Positions 47,669-58,870 are shown, numbered from the stretch's first letter. The stretch: 64,000 nt of DNA from Porphyrobacter sp. IPPAS B-1204 (GCA_003724185.1 RHGM01000004.1:59466-123465); one strand, 5' to 3'. Notes: a model not told the origin generated them from the sequence alone. Numbers and translations are program-made.

Positions 47669-48129
47669 CCGAGAGCCGGGCTAGCCTCCCCGACCTGCCG
47701 TCAATGGCGGCCTATGGCGCCGCTATCGCAGAGCGGCTGCGGGCAGGCGATGTGGTGGCGCTGACCGGCGGGCTGGGGGCCGGCAAGACCACGCTGGCGC
47801 GCTCCATCCTTGCCGCCTTGGGGCACGAAGGCGAGGTGCCATCGCCGACTTTTACCATCATCGAAACTTACGATTCGCCTGCGATGCGGGTTCCAGTCGT
47901 CCATGCTGATTTCTATCGACTGAAAGACCCTTCCGAACTCGCCGAAATCGGGCTTGATGATTACCGCGAGGGCGCGGTGCTGCTTGCCGAATGGCCCGAT
48001 CATGCGGGCGGGTTCGGGCACGAGCCGGGGTGTTTGTCGATCACGCTCGAACCGCAAGGAGAAAGCGGGGAAGGCGGACGGATTGCGATTGCCCGGGGCG
48101 GGGCGGATTGGGTAGGGCGGATGCCATGA
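47665..48129 (+). CDS. tsaE: tRNA threonylcarbamoyladenosine biosynthesis ATPase
   Basis: GGLGAGKTT, VPSPTF, HADFYRL and EWP motifs. Confidence 0.93.
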   Translation: MTESRASLPDLPSMAAYGAAIAERLRAGDVVALTGGLGAGKTTLARSILAALGHEGEVPSPTFTIIETYDSPAMRVPVVHADFYRLKDPSELAEIGLDDYREGAVLLAEWPDHAGGFGHEPGCLSITLEPQGESGEGGRIAIARGGADWVGRMP

Positions 48130-49112
48130 GCGCGCTTCCCGAAGGTCTTGCCGAATTTGTTGCCCACGCCGGATGGACGGGCGCCGCAGTCGAACCGCTA
48201 CCCGGCGATGCCTCGTTCCGGCGTTACTTCCGGCTGACGCGGGATGAGCAAACCGCGATGCTGATGCACGCGCCCCCGCCGCACGAAGACCCCGCTCCGT
48301 TCCTTCATGTGGCCCATTGGTTGAACGCGCACGGGATGCGCGCACCTGCGATTCTGGCCGAGGACGCGGGCGCAGGCTGGGTGCTGACCGAGGATTTCGG
48401 CAATGACCGGATGCGTGACTGGCTCGATCTGCACGCAGCGGACGAACGCGCCGCTTATGAGGCCGCGGTTGAGGCGCTGGCCGCGCTCCACCGCCTGCTG
48501 CCGGGGCCGTTTCCCGCTTACGATATGGCGGTTTATGCCCGCGAGGCGGCGCTGCTGACCGAATGGTATTGCCCGGCGCAGGGTCTGGAAGTGGACGCCG
48601 AAGGCTATGCTGCGGCGTGGGAGGAAGCCCTCGCGCCGCTGCTCGCCCGCCAGAACCCCGGCGTCACCGTTTTGCGCGATTACCATGCCGAAAACATCAT
48701 GCTGCTGGGCGGCAAGGCCACCGCGCCGCAGGGCCTGATCGACTTTCAGGACGCGCTGGTGGGGCACCCGGCCTATGATCTGGTGTCCTTGCTGCAGGAC
48801 GCGCGCCGCGATGTCTCCGAGGAATTGGAAGCAGCCATGCTGGCCCATTACAGCGCGGCGGCGGCGATAAGCGGGGACGATTTCCATGCCGATTATGCCC
48901 GCCTCGGCGCACAGCGGAATGCCAAGATCGTCGGCATCTTCACACGGCTCAATGTGCGCGATGGCAAGCCCAAATATCTCGGCATGATCCCGCGTGTCTG
49001 GGCGGCGCTTGAACGCGATCTGGCGCACCCGGCACTTGCCCCCGTGGCGCGCTGGTTCGATACGAATATTCCGGTGGCCTTGCGCGCCGCAAACGGGGCC
49101 TTCGCGGCGTGA
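48126..49112 (+). CDS. amgK: aminoglycoside-phosphotransferase-family sugar kinase (AmgK-like)
   Basis: GDASFRRYFR, RDYHAENI, IDFQDAL.G..AYDL.SLLQDAR motifs; adjacent murU-like gene. Confidence 0.8.
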   Translation: MSALPEGLAEFVAHAGWTGAAVEPLPGDASFRRYFRLTRDEQTAMLMHAPPPHEDPAPFLHVAHWLNAHGMRAPAILAEDAGAGWVLTEDFGNDRMRDWLDLHAADERAAYEAAVEALAALHRLLPGPFPAYDMAVYAREAALLTEWYCPAQGLEVDAEGYAAAWEEALAPLLARQNPGVTVLRDYHAENIMLLGGKATAPQGLIDFQDALVGHPAYDLVSLLQDARRDVSEELEAAMLAHYSAAAAISGDDFHADYARLGAQRNAKIVGIFTRLNVRDGKPKYLGMIPRVWAALERDLAHPALAPVARWFDTNIPVALRAANGAFAA

Positions 49113-49825
49113 CCAAGCTCGCTTCCCACACGGCGATGATCCTTGCGGCGGGGCTGGGCAAGCGGATGCGGCCGCTGACCGCCAGCCAGCCCAAGCCGCT
49201 GGTCCGCGTCGCGGGCAAGGCGCTGATCGACCATGCGCTGGACCGCCTCGCCGATGCGGGCATCACCAAGGCGGTGGTCAATGTTCATTATCTTGCGGAC
49301 GCGCTGGAAGCCCATGTGCTGGCCCGCAAGTCGCCGCAGGTGACGGTGTCAGATGAACGCGCCTTGCTGCTGGAAACCGGCGGCGGGATGGCGCGCGCGC
49401 TGCCGCAACTGCCCGATCCATTCTTTGCGTTGAACGCCGACAACATCTGGCTCGATGGGCCGAAAAGCGCGTTTCACGACCTTTCGCGGCGCTGGAACCC
49501 GGATACGATGGACGCGCTGCTGCTGGTTGTACCGCACGCCCGCGCCTGCAATTTCAACGGGCCGGGCGATTTCCACATGGACCCGCTGGGCCGCCTTTCG
49601 CGCCGCCGCGACGGGCGGATTGCGCCCTTCATCTACACCGGTATCCAGCTGGTCAGTCACCGGCTGATGCGCGATGCGCCGGAAGGGCCGTTCTCGACCA
49701 ACATCCTCTGGAACCGGGCGATGGCAGAAGGGCGGCTTTACGGCATCAGCTTCACCGGCCTGTGGTTTGAAGTCGGCACGCCGCAGATGATCCGCCCGAC
49801 CGAGGAGGCGCTGCTGGGTGGCTGA
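49109..49825 (+). CDS. murU: nucleotidyltransferase (MurU-like)
   Basis: AMILAAGLGKRMRPLT...PKPL, LETGGG and W..VGTP motifs. Confidence 0.8.
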   Translation: MTKLASHTAMILAAGLGKRMRPLTASQPKPLVRVAGKALIDHALDRLADAGITKAVVNVHYLADALEAHVLARKSPQVTVSDERALLLETGGGMARALPQLPDPFFALNADNIWLDGPKSAFHDLSRRWNPDTMDALLLVVPHARACNFNGPGDFHMDPLGRLSRRRDGRIAPFIYTGIQLVSHRLMRDAPEGPFSTNILWNRAMAEGRLYGISFTGLWFEVGTPQMIRPTEEALLGG

Positions 49826-52800
49826 GCCGCGCAAACCCGGCCCGCTGGTCTATTCCATCGCCGCGCACCGCGGGTTTGCCGATGCGCTGGTTGCAGGGCT
49901 GGTGCCGCGTTACCGGGAGCCGGGTGTCGGCCTCGCACGCCTCACCCTGCTGGTGCCATCAAGCCGTGCGGCGCGCACGCTGTCCGAAGCCTTTATCCGC
50001 CACGCCGGCGCGAGCGGTGAGGGCGGGCTGCTGATGCCACGGATGATTGCGGTGGGCGATCTCGATCTGGACGAAAAGCTTGGCGCGGCGCTCGATCCGC
50101 TGGGGGCGGCGGATATTCCTCCGGCCAGCGATCCGGTGGCGCGCTGGCTGACGCTGGACCGCCTGATTGCCGAGGAACGCGAGGCAGAGGGCATGGAAGC
50201 CTTGCCGGGCCGTTCGCGGCTGAACCTTGCACGCGAGATAGCGCGGACGATGGACCGGCTGCTGGTCGAGGAAAAGGCCCCCGCCGATCTGATGGCGGAC
50301 GATGTGCTCGACCAGCTTGGCAATCTGGCCGATCACTGGAAGCGCGCCATTCGCCTGTTTGCGCGGGTCAATACGCGCTGGCTGGCAGAGCTGGCCGCAC
50401 GCGGCGAGGTCGATGCCGCAACCCGGCGCAACCTGCTGTTTGACCGCGCCGCACGCCGTTGGCGGGATGCCCCGCCGCCGCACCCGATTGTGGCCGCCGG
50501 GGTGACCAGCGCCTCGCCCGCGCTGGCGCGGTTGCTGAAGGTGGTCGCCGAACTGCCCGAGGGCGCAGTGGTGCTGCCAGACCTCGATCTGGCGATGGAC
50601 GATGCGGCCTGGGCAGAACTGGGTCTGGCGGGCGCGTCGGACGAACCCGGCGGGCCGGTGTTCGCCAGCGGCGATGCGCTCAGCCATCCGCAATATCACC
50701 TCAAGCTGCTGCTGAACCGCATGGGCGTGAACCGCGCCGAGGTGCAGCCGTGGCACCGGCGCGGGATTGCGGCGGCTGAACCTGCGCGCAGCCGGGCGAT
50801 ATCCTCGCTTTTCCTGCCCCCGCAGGCGAGCCGCGCATGGATCGGGCTCGATGCGGACCGGCGGCGGCTGGCAGGCGTGCGTCTGATGACAAGCGCCACC
50901 ATCGAGGAAGAAGCGCAGGCTATCGCGCTGCTGGTGCGTGAGGCGCTGGAGCAGCCGGAAAAGCGGATCGCGGTCGTCACCGCTGACCGGGGGCTGGCGC
51001 GCCGCGTCGGCCAGCATCTGGAACGCTGGAACATCACCGCAGACGATACCGCCGGCCGGCCCCTGTCGCTGACCCCGGCGGGGCGGCTGATCGGTCTGTT
51101 GGCGGAGATTGTTGCGAACGGGCCTGACCCGGCCAATCTGGTCGCCGCTTTCGGCCATCCGCTGGTGCATGGCTGGGACGGGGAGGCGCGGCGTGACTGG
51201 CTGGCGGGCCTGCGTGCCTTCGACCGCCAGTTGCGCGGGCCCGCGCCTGCACCGGGGATGGAACCCCTGCGCAAGGCCGCTGGCAAGGCCGGTGTTGCCG
51301 AATGGTGGGCTTCGGCCGAGGCGCTGATTGCCCCGCTCGCCGACTGGCCGCCACAGGTTGCGCTCGCCGAAGCCCTGCGTCTGCTGGGCGAGGTGGCCGA
51401 GGCGCTGGCCCGCACCGCCGTGTGGGAGCGCGAGGATGGGCGGGCGCTGGGCTCCATGATCGCCGACCTGCGCGATTCTGCGGAGGCAGCGGGCACGGTC
51501 ATCGAAACCGCCGATCTGGCCGGAGCCTTGCGGGATGCGATGGATACAGTGGCGGTGCGCCCCGGCTATGGCGGGCACCCGCGTGTCGCGATCTACGGCT
51601 TGCTCGAAGCGCGCATGGCGCGGGCCGATCTGGTGATCTGCGGCGGCTTGAACGAAGGCAGCTGGCCGCAGCCGCCGGGGGCTGACGCGCTGCTGGCCCC
51701 TGCGATCCTGCGCGCGCTCGGCGTGCCGGGGGCGGAGTTCCGGATCGGCTTGGCCGCACATGACCTGGCGGGCGCGATGGGCGCGCCCGAGGTTGTTCTC
51801 AGCCGGAGCTTGCGCGATGCCGAGGGGCCGACGCTGCCTTCGCGGTTTCTGCTGCGGGTCGAGGCGTTGCTGGGCGATGATCTGGGCAAGGACCACCGCG
51901 AGACAGCGATTCCCGCGCTACTCCCGCACCTCGACCGCTTGCGCCCGCCAGCGCCCGAATATCCGCGCCCCGCGCCCGATCCCGCGCCTGACAAGCGCAA
52001 TGTGCCGATCAAGGTCACCGCGCTCGACCGGCTGCTTGGCGATCCGTACCAGTTTTATGCGCTGGCGATCCTTGACCTCAGGCAGATGCAACCGCTTGCC
52101 GCCGATCCCTTCAGCGATCCGGCGCTGCGCGGGACGCTGGTGCACAGGATTCTCGAAAAGTGGCACAAGGCGAAGGTCACGCAGCCCGGCCTCGCGCTGG
52201 CGCCCTTTGCGGCGGACTGCTTCGCGGCGGAGCGTGTCCATCCTCTGTTCCGCGCCCTGTGGCAGCCGCGTCTGATCGCCGCGATGGAGCGTTTCGAGCA
52301 GTGGATTGCCGAGGACGCCGCCGCGGGCCGCACGGTGCTGGCGAGCGAGATTGACGGAGAGATGGTGGTGGACGGCGTCAAGGTGATGGGCCGCGCCGAC
52401 CGCATTGACCGGCTGGCCGACGGCAGCCTTGGGATCGTCGATTACAAGACCGGCGCGCCTCCGTCCAAGCAGCAGGTGACGGCGGGCTATGCGCTGCAAC
52501 TTGGCCTGCTCGGGCTTATCGCGGGACAGGGGCGGTTCGCCAATGACAAGATTGGTCAAACCGTCACCGGCACGGCGACACGCTTCGATTACTGGTCGCT
52601 CGGCAAGGCAAAGAAGGAGGACGGCTTCGGCTACCGCGAAACCCCGATGAAGGAGGGCAATGCCCGCACGGGACTGCTGCCCGACGAATACCTGCCCTTC
52701 CATGCCGAAAAGCTGTCTGAAGCCATCAGTCTGTTCATCAAGGGCAGCAAGCCTTTCATCGCGCGCGAGAATCCCGACTACAAGGGCTACAACGAGTATG

Positions 52801-52862
52801 ACCAGCTGATGCGGCTGGAAGAATGGGCGATCCGTCTCACCGATCAGGAGGCCAAGCCATGA
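49818..52862 (+). CDS. addB: double-strand break repair protein AddB
   Basis: Inactive helicase-like N-terminus and C-terminal GRADRID...IVDYKTG nuclease motif. Confidence 0.92.
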   Translation: MAEPRKPGPLVYSIAAHRGFADALVAGLVPRYREPGVGLARLTLLVPSSRAARTLSEAFIRHAGASGEGGLLMPRMIAVGDLDLDEKLGAALDPLGAADIPPASDPVARWLTLDRLIAEEREAEGMEALPGRSRLNLAREIARTMDRLLVEEKAPADLMADDVLDQLGNLADHWKRAIRLFARVNTRWLAELAARGEVDAATRRNLLFDRAARRWRDAPPPHPIVAAGVTSASPALARLLKVVAELPEGAVVLPDLDLAMDDAAWAELGLAGASDEPGGPVFASGDALSHPQYHLKLLLNRMGVNRAEVQPWHRRGIAAAEPARSRAISSLFLPPQASRAWIGLDADRRRLAGVRLMTSATIEEEAQAIALLVREALEQPEKRIAVVTADRGLARRVGQHLERWNITADDTAGRPLSLTPAGRLIGLLAEIVANGPDPANLVAAFGHPLVHGWDGEARRDWLAGLRAFDRQLRGPAPAPGMEPLRKAAGKAGVAEWWASAEALIAPLADWPPQVALAEALRLLGEVAEALARTAVWEREDGRALGSMIADLRDSAEAAGTVIETADLAGALRDAMDTVAVRPGYGGHPRVAIYGLLEARMARADLVICGGLNEGSWPQPPGADALLAPAILRALGVPGAEFRIGLAAHDLAGAMGAPEVVLSRSLRDAEGPTLPSRFLLRVEALLGDDLGKDHRETAIPALLPHLDRLRPPAPEYPRPAPDPAPDKRNVPIKVTALDRLLGDPYQFYALAILDLRQMQPLAADPFSDPALRGTLVHRILEKWHKAKVTQPGLALAPFAADCFAAERVHPLFRALWQPRLIAAMERFEQWIAEDAAAGRTVLASEIDGEMVVDGVKVMGRADRIDRLADGSLGIVDYKTGAPPSKQQVTAGYALQLGLLGLIAGQGRFANDKIGQTVTGTATRFDYWSLGKAKKEDGFGYRETPMKEGNARTGLLPDEYLPFHAEKLSEAISLFIKGSKPFIARENPDYKGYNEYDQLMRLEEWAIRLTDQEAKP

Positions 52863-55800
52863 GCGGTGGCGGCGGCCTCGTCTTTCCCTTGCAGGACAAC
52901 CAGCTCAAGGCGGCGGAGCCTGAGGACAATGTCTGGCTGTCGGCCTCGGCCGGGACGGGCAAGACGCAGGTGCTCTCTGCCCGCGTGCTGCGGCTGCTGC
53001 TGCGCGAGGATGTGACGCCGGGGCAGATCCTGTGCCTGACCTTCACCAAGGCGGGCGCGGCGGAGATGGCGAACCGCATCAACGCGGTGCTGGCGCGCTG
53101 GGTGCGTCTGCCCGCCGTCGCGCTGGCAAGGGAGCTTGGCTATCTCGGCGCGGATATCGATCCCGCCACGCAGGAACGCGCGCGCAGCCTGTTTGCGAGC
53201 GTGCTCGATTGCCCCGGCGGCGGTCTTCGGATCGACACGATCCACGCCTTCGCGCAGTTCCTGATCGGCAATTTCCCCGAAGAAGCCGGCCTTGCGCCCG
53301 GCACGCGGGTGATGGACGATCGCAGCCGCGAACTGCTCGCCCGCGAGGTGCTGACCGATCTGGTCGAGGAGGCAGAGCGCACCCATGATGTGCAGGTGCT
53401 GGATGCGATCGAGCAGTTCACCATGCGCAAGGATCCCGCCGCGCTCCACAAGTGGCTGATGCGCGCCGCCGATGCGGCTGACATGTGGGAAGGGACGGGC
53501 AGCTGGCAATCGCCGATGGCGGCGCGGGTTCGCCAGACGCTGGGGATGCCTGCGGACGCGGACGAGGCGTGGGCCAGCCAGCCGCTCGATCCCGATCTGT
53601 TTCCCGACGATCTTATCATGGCGATACTGCCCGCGCTCGATGGCTGGAAGGCCAAGACGGGGCAGGAGGCAGCCGCGTTTCTGCGGCATTGGCTGACGCT
53701 GGATCTGCCCGCACGGGTGGATGCGGCAGCGCAGTTCCGCAAGACCATCCTCAAGGCCGATGGTGAGCCGCGCAAGATGGATGGCGCGGCCAAGAACGAC
53801 CCCGATTTTCCCCGTCATCAGGAGGACATCGCCGAGGCCCTGCGCGAATACGAAGATCGCCGCGCTCTGCTCGCCTGCGCCGAGATCGTGGCATCCGCGC
53901 TCGAAATCGGGCGCGCCTTTGCGGTTCGCTGGGAGCAGCGCAAGGCCCGCGAAGGCCTGCTCGATTTCGGCGATCTGATCCGCAAGGCCGCTGCTCTGCT
54001 CGGCGACAGCGAGGCTGCCGACTGGATCCGCTACAAGCTGGACCGCCACTTCGACCACATCCTGATCGACGAGGCGCAGGACACCAACCAGAGCCAGTGG
54101 GACATCGTCGAGGCGCTGATTGATGATTTCTTCGTGGGCGAGAGCGCGCGCGGGGACAAGCTGCGCACGATCTTCACGGTGGGCGATTACAAGCAGGCGA
54201 TCTTCGGCTTTCAGGGCACCAGCCCCGAAAACTTCGCCCGCGCCAAGGCCCGTGTCCACGCCCGCATCCGCGCCGCGCAGGATGGCATCCGCGCCGGGCG
54301 GGTGAACCGCCGCGCGCCCGGCTGGCAGGATCTCGACCTCGGCCAGTCCTTCCGCACGGCTGACATCGTGCTTGGCTTCGTCAACCGGATGATTGCGCTG
54401 CTGGGTTTTCCCGCCTTCGGCCTTGACCGCGAACCTGCGCCGCACGTGGGCGCCCAGCGGGCCGGTCTCGTCACGCTCTGGCCACCGGTGGTGCCCGAGA
54501 AGGCCGATGCCGACGATGACGAGGAAGCCTGTGACGACAGTGAAACCCGCGACTGGCTGCCCCGGCATGACACGCTGCTCGCCGAACGCATCGCCGATCA
54601 GGTGCAACGCTGGGTGAGCGGAGCCGATCCCTTTGTGCTGGAAAAGGGCCAGCGCCGCCTCGCGCAGGCGGGCGATATCATGGTGCTGGTGCGCCAGCGC
54701 AAGGAACTCGCCGCCCAGATCGTTGCCAAGCTTTACGCGCGCGGCGTGCCGGTGGCGGGGGTTGACCGGCTGCGGCTGGGCGCGCCGCTAGCGGTGAAGG
54801 ATGTGCTGGCGGCTTTGCGCTTTGCCGCGCAGCCGCAGGATGATCTCAGCCTTGCGAACCTGCTGGCGTCTCCACTGATGGGCTGGAGCCAGGACGATAT
54901 CCTCGCCCATGTCCCGCGCGCGCCGAAACAACGCCTGTGGGATCACCTGCGCCGCACGGATGCGCCTCCCTTCGTGGCTGAAACCGCCGAGCGGTTGCGC
55001 GACCTTTTGCGCCGCGCCGATTACCAGACACCGCAGGCGCTCGTGTCGTGGCTGCTGACCGGCCCGTGGCAGGGTCGTGCCCGGCTGCTCGAACGGTTGG
55101 GGAGCGAGGCCAACGATCCGCTCGACGAGCTGATCAACGCGGCCTTTGCTTATGAGGCCGAACACTGGCCCAGCCTTGCGGGGTTCATCGCCTGGTTCGA
55201 TGCCGGGACGGGCGATCTGAAGCGCGATTCCGACGGCGGGAGCGGACAGGTGCGGGTGATGACGGTGCATGGCTCCAAGGGCCTTCAGGCGCCGATCGTG
55301 ATCCTTGCCGATGCCACCGGCGCGCCGGGCGATGCGGGCGATCTGGCGCTGGAGGACGATCCGCTTGGCCTGAAGCCTGATCGCAAGCGGATGGTACCGC
55401 TTCCCCCGCTGAGCAAGGACGAGAAAAGGGGCCGCATTGTCGAGGCCGAGGAAGCAAAGAAGGCAGCGGCACTTCAGGAACACTGGCGACTGCTCTACGT
55501 CGCGCTGACGCGCGCCGAAGAAGCGCTGTTCATTGGCGGGTCGCTCAATAAGAACGAGGCGAAGAAGGGCGTTCCCCACGAAGACAGCTGGTATGCGCGC
55601 CTCGCGCCGCTGTTCGAAGGCGAAGAGTTGACCGATCCGATCTGGCACTGGCGCAAGGAATGGGGTGAACGCGCCGCGCCGCTGGTGCCCGATGACAACG
55701 CTGCCGCGGGTGAGGGCACTGTGCCTGATCTGCCGCGCTGGGCCACCACCCCCATCGGCCCCGAACCGCGCCCGCCGCGCCCGCTTGCGCCATCATCAGC

Positions 55801-56389
55801 GGGCGAGGACAGTGGTGCGGAACCGCCCTTGCCGTCCGATGCCATGCGCGATGCGGCGCGGCGCGGCAGCCTGATTCACGCACTGCTTGAACGTTTGCCC
55901 GATGTGCCGGTTGCGGATCGCGAGGCTGCTGCACAAGGCTGGCTCGCGCGGCAGGCGGGCGATCTGTCCGATCCGGTGCGCGCCGAGATGCTGGCGTCGG
56001 CGCTGGCGGTTCTGGATCACCCCGATTTTGCCCCGATATTCTCCCCCGGCGCGCTGGCGGAGGTGCCGTTGGCCGCCACGGTCGATGGCGTGGTGGTGGC
56101 AGGCACGGCAGACCGGCTGCTGATCGAAGAGCATCGCATCACCGTGGTCGATTTCAAGACCACCCGCCGCCCGCCCGCCAGCGCCGCCGACATACCGCTC
56201 GCAACGCTGCGCCAGATGGCGGCCTATGTTGCTGCACTGCAAACGATCTATCCGGGCCGCGATATGCGCGCAGGGGTGCTTTACACCCATGCTCCGGTGC
56301 TGTTCGATCTCGCCCAGGATGCGCTAGCCTTGCACAAGAACGCGTTGCAGACCGGACAGCAATCCTTGCCGCTCCCCGATATTGAGTGA
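52859..56389 (+). CDS. addA: double-strand break repair helicase AddA
   Basis: ASAGTGKT, LTFTKAGAAEM, ILIDEAQDT, VGDYKQAIFGF, MTVHGSKGLQ, YVALTRA and GTADRL...VDFKT motifs. Confidence 0.94.
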   Translation: MSGGGGLVFPLQDNQLKAAEPEDNVWLSASAGTGKTQVLSARVLRLLLREDVTPGQILCLTFTKAGAAEMANRINAVLARWVRLPAVALARELGYLGADIDPATQERARSLFASVLDCPGGGLRIDTIHAFAQFLIGNFPEEAGLAPGTRVMDDRSRELLAREVLTDLVEEAERTHDVQVLDAIEQFTMRKDPAALHKWLMRAADAADMWEGTGSWQSPMAARVRQTLGMPADADEAWASQPLDPDLFPDDLIMAILPALDGWKAKTGQEAAAFLRHWLTLDLPARVDAAAQFRKTILKADGEPRKMDGAAKNDPDFPRHQEDIAEALREYEDRRALLACAEIVASALEIGRAFAVRWEQRKAREGLLDFGDLIRKAAALLGDSEAADWIRYKLDRHFDHILIDEAQDTNQSQWDIVEALIDDFFVGESARGDKLRTIFTVGDYKQAIFGFQGTSPENFARAKARVHARIRAAQDGIRAGRVNRRAPGWQDLDLGQSFRTADIVLGFVNRMIALLGFPAFGLDREPAPHVGAQRAGLVTLWPPVVPEKADADDDEEACDDSETRDWLPRHDTLLAERIADQVQRWVSGADPFVLEKGQRRLAQAGDIMVLVRQRKELAAQIVAKLYARGVPVAGVDRLRLGAPLAVKDVLAALRFAAQPQDDLSLANLLASPLMGWSQDDILAHVPRAPKQRLWDHLRRTDAPPFVAETAERLRDLLRRADYQTPQALVSWLLTGPWQGRARLLERLGSEANDPLDELINAAFAYEAEHWPSLAGFIAWFDAGTGDLKRDSDGGSGQVRVMTVHGSKGLQAPIVILADATGAPGDAGDLALEDDPLGLKPDRKRMVPLPPLSKDEKRGRIVEAEEAKKAAALQEHWRLLYVALTRAEEALFIGGSLNKNEAKKGVPHEDSWYARLAPLFEGEELTDPIWHWRKEWGERAAPLVPDDNAAAGEGTVPDLPRWATTPIGPEPRPPRPLAPSSAGEDSGAEPPLPSDAMRDAARRGSLIHALLERLPDVPVADREAAAQGWLARQAGDLSDPVRAEMLASALAVLDHPDFAPIFSPGALAEVPLAATVDGVVVAGTADRLLIEEHRITVVDFKTTRRPPASAADIPLATLRQMAAYVAALQTIYPGRDMRAGVLYTHAPVLFDLAQDALALHKNALQTGQQSLPLPDIE

Positions 56390-56460
56390 AAAGCCCTGCG
56401 CACTAGATTGCATTGGACGCCCGTGCGCTTCTATGGTCGCCGGGATAAGGAGATAGAATA

Positions 56461-56781
56461 ATGGCCACCGTCAACGTCACCGATGCCAGCTTTCAGGCCG
56501 ATGTGCTGGGCAGCGATATTCCCGTGCTGGTCGATTTCTGGGCGGACTGGTGCGGCCCCTGCAAGATGATCGCGCCCGCGCTGGAGGAAATCAGCGAGGA
56601 GCTGGCGGGCCAGGTCAAGATCGCCAAAATCGATATCATGGAAAACACCGATATCGCCGCGCAGATCGGCGTGCAGTCGATCCCGCTGATGGTGTTGTTC
56701 AAGAATGGCGAGGCAGTCGCCCAGAAGCTCGGCGCAGCGCCCAAGGGACAACTGAAGGCCTGGCTCGAAAGCGAGCTGTAA
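56461..56781 (+). CDS. trxA: thioredoxin
   Basis: WCGPC active site. Confidence 0.96.
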   Translation: MATVNVTDASFQADVLGSDIPVLVDFWADWCGPCKMIAPALEEISEELAGQVKIAKIDIMENTDIAAQIGVQSIPLMVLFKNGEAVAQKLGAAPKGQLKAWLESEL

Positions 56782-56784
56782 GCT

Positions 56785-57597
56785 CTACCCCGTCAACCGC
56801 GCCACAAACGCATCCCAGATCGCCGGGCTGGACGCGCCAAGAAGCCCCTTCATGGTGTCGTCCCGCCCGTGCTGGTCCACGCGGTAGGCGCTGCCATCAA
56901 GCCGTGCAGCCTTGCCGCCTGCCTCGTTGAGCCACAGCACGCCTGCCGCATGATCCCATGCGAGCGTGCGCTTGAAGCTGGAGATGTCGTTTTCGCCCAG
57001 CGCAAGGCGCGGATATTGCTCGGCCGCGCAGCGGGGAATGTCGACCAGAGTGTAGTGGGGCGCGAGTTTTGCGTCGACCATCGCCGATTGTTCGGGGGTA
57101 AGGAAGATGCGGCTGACAGCGGTGACGGGCGGGGTCTGGCCGGTGGTGCGCGCCGCGATCCGCTCGCCGTTGATAAAGGCGCCTTCGCCGGCGCGGGCGT
57201 GGCAGAAGCGATCTTTCACGGGATCATAGATCCACCCCGCCACCGTCTCTCCGGCGTCAGCCAGCGCGATGATGATACCGAACGGCTCCTTGCCTTCCGC
57301 GAAGTTCGCGGTGCCATCCAGCGGGTCGATGATCCAGCATTGGCCGGACAGGTGATCGAGCACGCTTTTGTCAGCGTGCACCGCTTCCTCGCCCACCACC
57401 GCAACACCGGGGGCTAGGCGCGTCAGGGCTTCGGTAAGGAACGCCTCGATTTCGCGGTCGACAATGGTGACGGGATCATCCGCGCCCTTCATCTCGACAT
57501 CGCCTGCCGCAAGGTTGCGGAAGCGCGGCAGCATCGAACGCTGCGCGGCAAAGCGCATCAGGTCGCGGATTTCGGCGTCAAGGGCGGAGAGGCTCAC
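56785..57597 (-). CDS. inositol monophosphatase family protein
   Basis: DPVTIVD..E, GEE, WIIDPLDGTANF and WDHAAG motifs; GTG overlapping the argJ TGA. Confidence 0.9.
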   Translation of the reverse strand: MSLSALDAEIRDLMRFAAQRSMLPRFRNLAAGDVEMKGADDPVTIVDREIEAFLTEALTRLAPGVAVVGEEAVHADKSVLDHLSGQCWIIDPLDGTANFAEGKEPFGIIIALADAGETVAGWIYDPVKDRFCHARAGEGAFINGERIAARTTGQTPPVTAVSRIFLTPEQSAMVDAKLAPHYTLVDIPRCAAEQYPRLALGENDISSFKRTLAWDHAAGVLWLNEAGGKAARLDGSAYRVDQHGRDDTMKGLLGASSPAIWDAFVARLTG

Positions 57598-58820
57598 GAA
57601 CGATAGTCCGCGTTGATCGCGATGTAGCCATGCGTGAGATCGCAGGTCCACACAGTGGCGCGGCCATCCCCGAGGCCCAGATCAACCGCAATGTCGATGT
57701 CCTCGCCCTTCAGATGCGCGGCGACGGGCGCTTCGTCATAGTCATCTACGGGCAGGCCATCGCGCGCGGCCCAGACACCGCCGAATGCGATCGACAGCCG
57801 GTCGCGGTCCGCAGGCTCGCCCGCTTTGCCCACCGCCATGACCACGCGGCCCCAATTCGCGTCCTCGCCCGCAATCGCGGTTTTCACCAGCGGTGAGTTG
57901 GCAATGCTGAGGCCCACGGTGCGGGCGCTGGCATCGCTCGCCGCGCCGGACACGCGGATGGTGATGAACTTGACCGCGCCTTCACCGTCGCGCACCACCA
58001 GCTGCGCCAGATTGCGACACACATCGGCAAGCGCGGCGGCGAAGGCATCGGCGCCGGGGCTGTCCCAGCTGTCGATCCGGGCATTGCCCGCCTTGCCGGT
58101 GGCGAAGGCCATCACCGTGTCGCTGGTTGACGTGTCGCCATCCACCGTGATGCAGCTGAAGGTCGCCGCATTGGCGCGCTCCAGCGCCTCTTGCAGGAAC
58201 GCCGGGGCGACGTCTGCATCGGTAAAGATGTAGCCGAGCATCGTTGCCATGTCGGGCGCAATCATGCCGCTGCCCTTGATGATCCCGGCGAGCTCCACGC
58301 GGGTATCGCCGATCATCGCGCTCGCGCCCGCGCCCTTGGGGAATGTGTCTGTGGTGCCGATCGCGTTCGCTGCATCCTCCCAGCCGCAGGGCTCTGCCTG
58401 CAGCGCGGCGGCGATCCCGGCTTCGGCCTTGTCGATGGGCAGCGGCACGCCGATCACGCCTGTGGAGGAGACGAACACCTCGTCCACGCCGCAGGCCAGC
58501 GCCGCACAGACCTGCGCGCGGATTGCGTCCACCGCCGCGCGCCCGCGCCAGCCGGTGAAGGCGTTGGAATTGCCCGCGTTGACGATCAGCGCCCGTGCGC
58601 GGCCCTGTTTCACCGCCTCGCGCCCCAGTTCCACCTCTGACGAAGCGCAGGCGCTTTGGGTGAACACGCCCGCCGCCGCCGTGCCTTCGGCCAGCTCGGC
58701 GAAGGTCAGGTCGCAGCGGTCCCATTGCTTGTAACGCGCCCGTGCGACGCGCAAGCTGACGCCCGCAATCGCAGGCATGTCAGGGAAGGGGCGGGCGAGG
58801 GGTGAGCGGGTGGTCTGCAT
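57594..58820 (-). CDS. argJ: bifunctional ornithine acetyltransferase
   Basis: NAGNSNA, SSTGVIG, KGSGMIAPDMATML, DTSTSD, DGEGA, NWGR and WTCDLT motifs. Confidence 0.95.
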   Translation of the reverse strand: MQTTRSPLARPFPDMPAIAGVSLRVARARYKQWDRCDLTFAELAEGTAAAGVFTQSACASSEVELGREAVKQGRARALIVNAGNSNAFTGWRGRAAVDAIRAQVCAALACGVDEVFVSSTGVIGVPLPIDKAEAGIAAALQAEPCGWEDAANAIGTTDTFPKGAGASAMIGDTRVELAGIIKGSGMIAPDMATMLGYIFTDADVAPAFLQEALERANAATFSCITVDGDTSTSDTVMAFATGKAGNARIDSWDSPGADAFAAALADVCRNLAQLVVRDGEGAVKFITIRVSGAASDASARTVGLSIANSPLVKTAIAGEDANWGRVVMAVGKAGEPADRDRLSIAFGGVWAARDGLPVDDYDEAPVAAHLKGEDIDIAVDLGLGDGRATVWTCDLTHGYIAINADYRS

Positions 58821-58870
58821 GGGCCAAGCCTCTAAGCGGGGGAGAGGGCGGCGTAAATCCGCAAATCAGG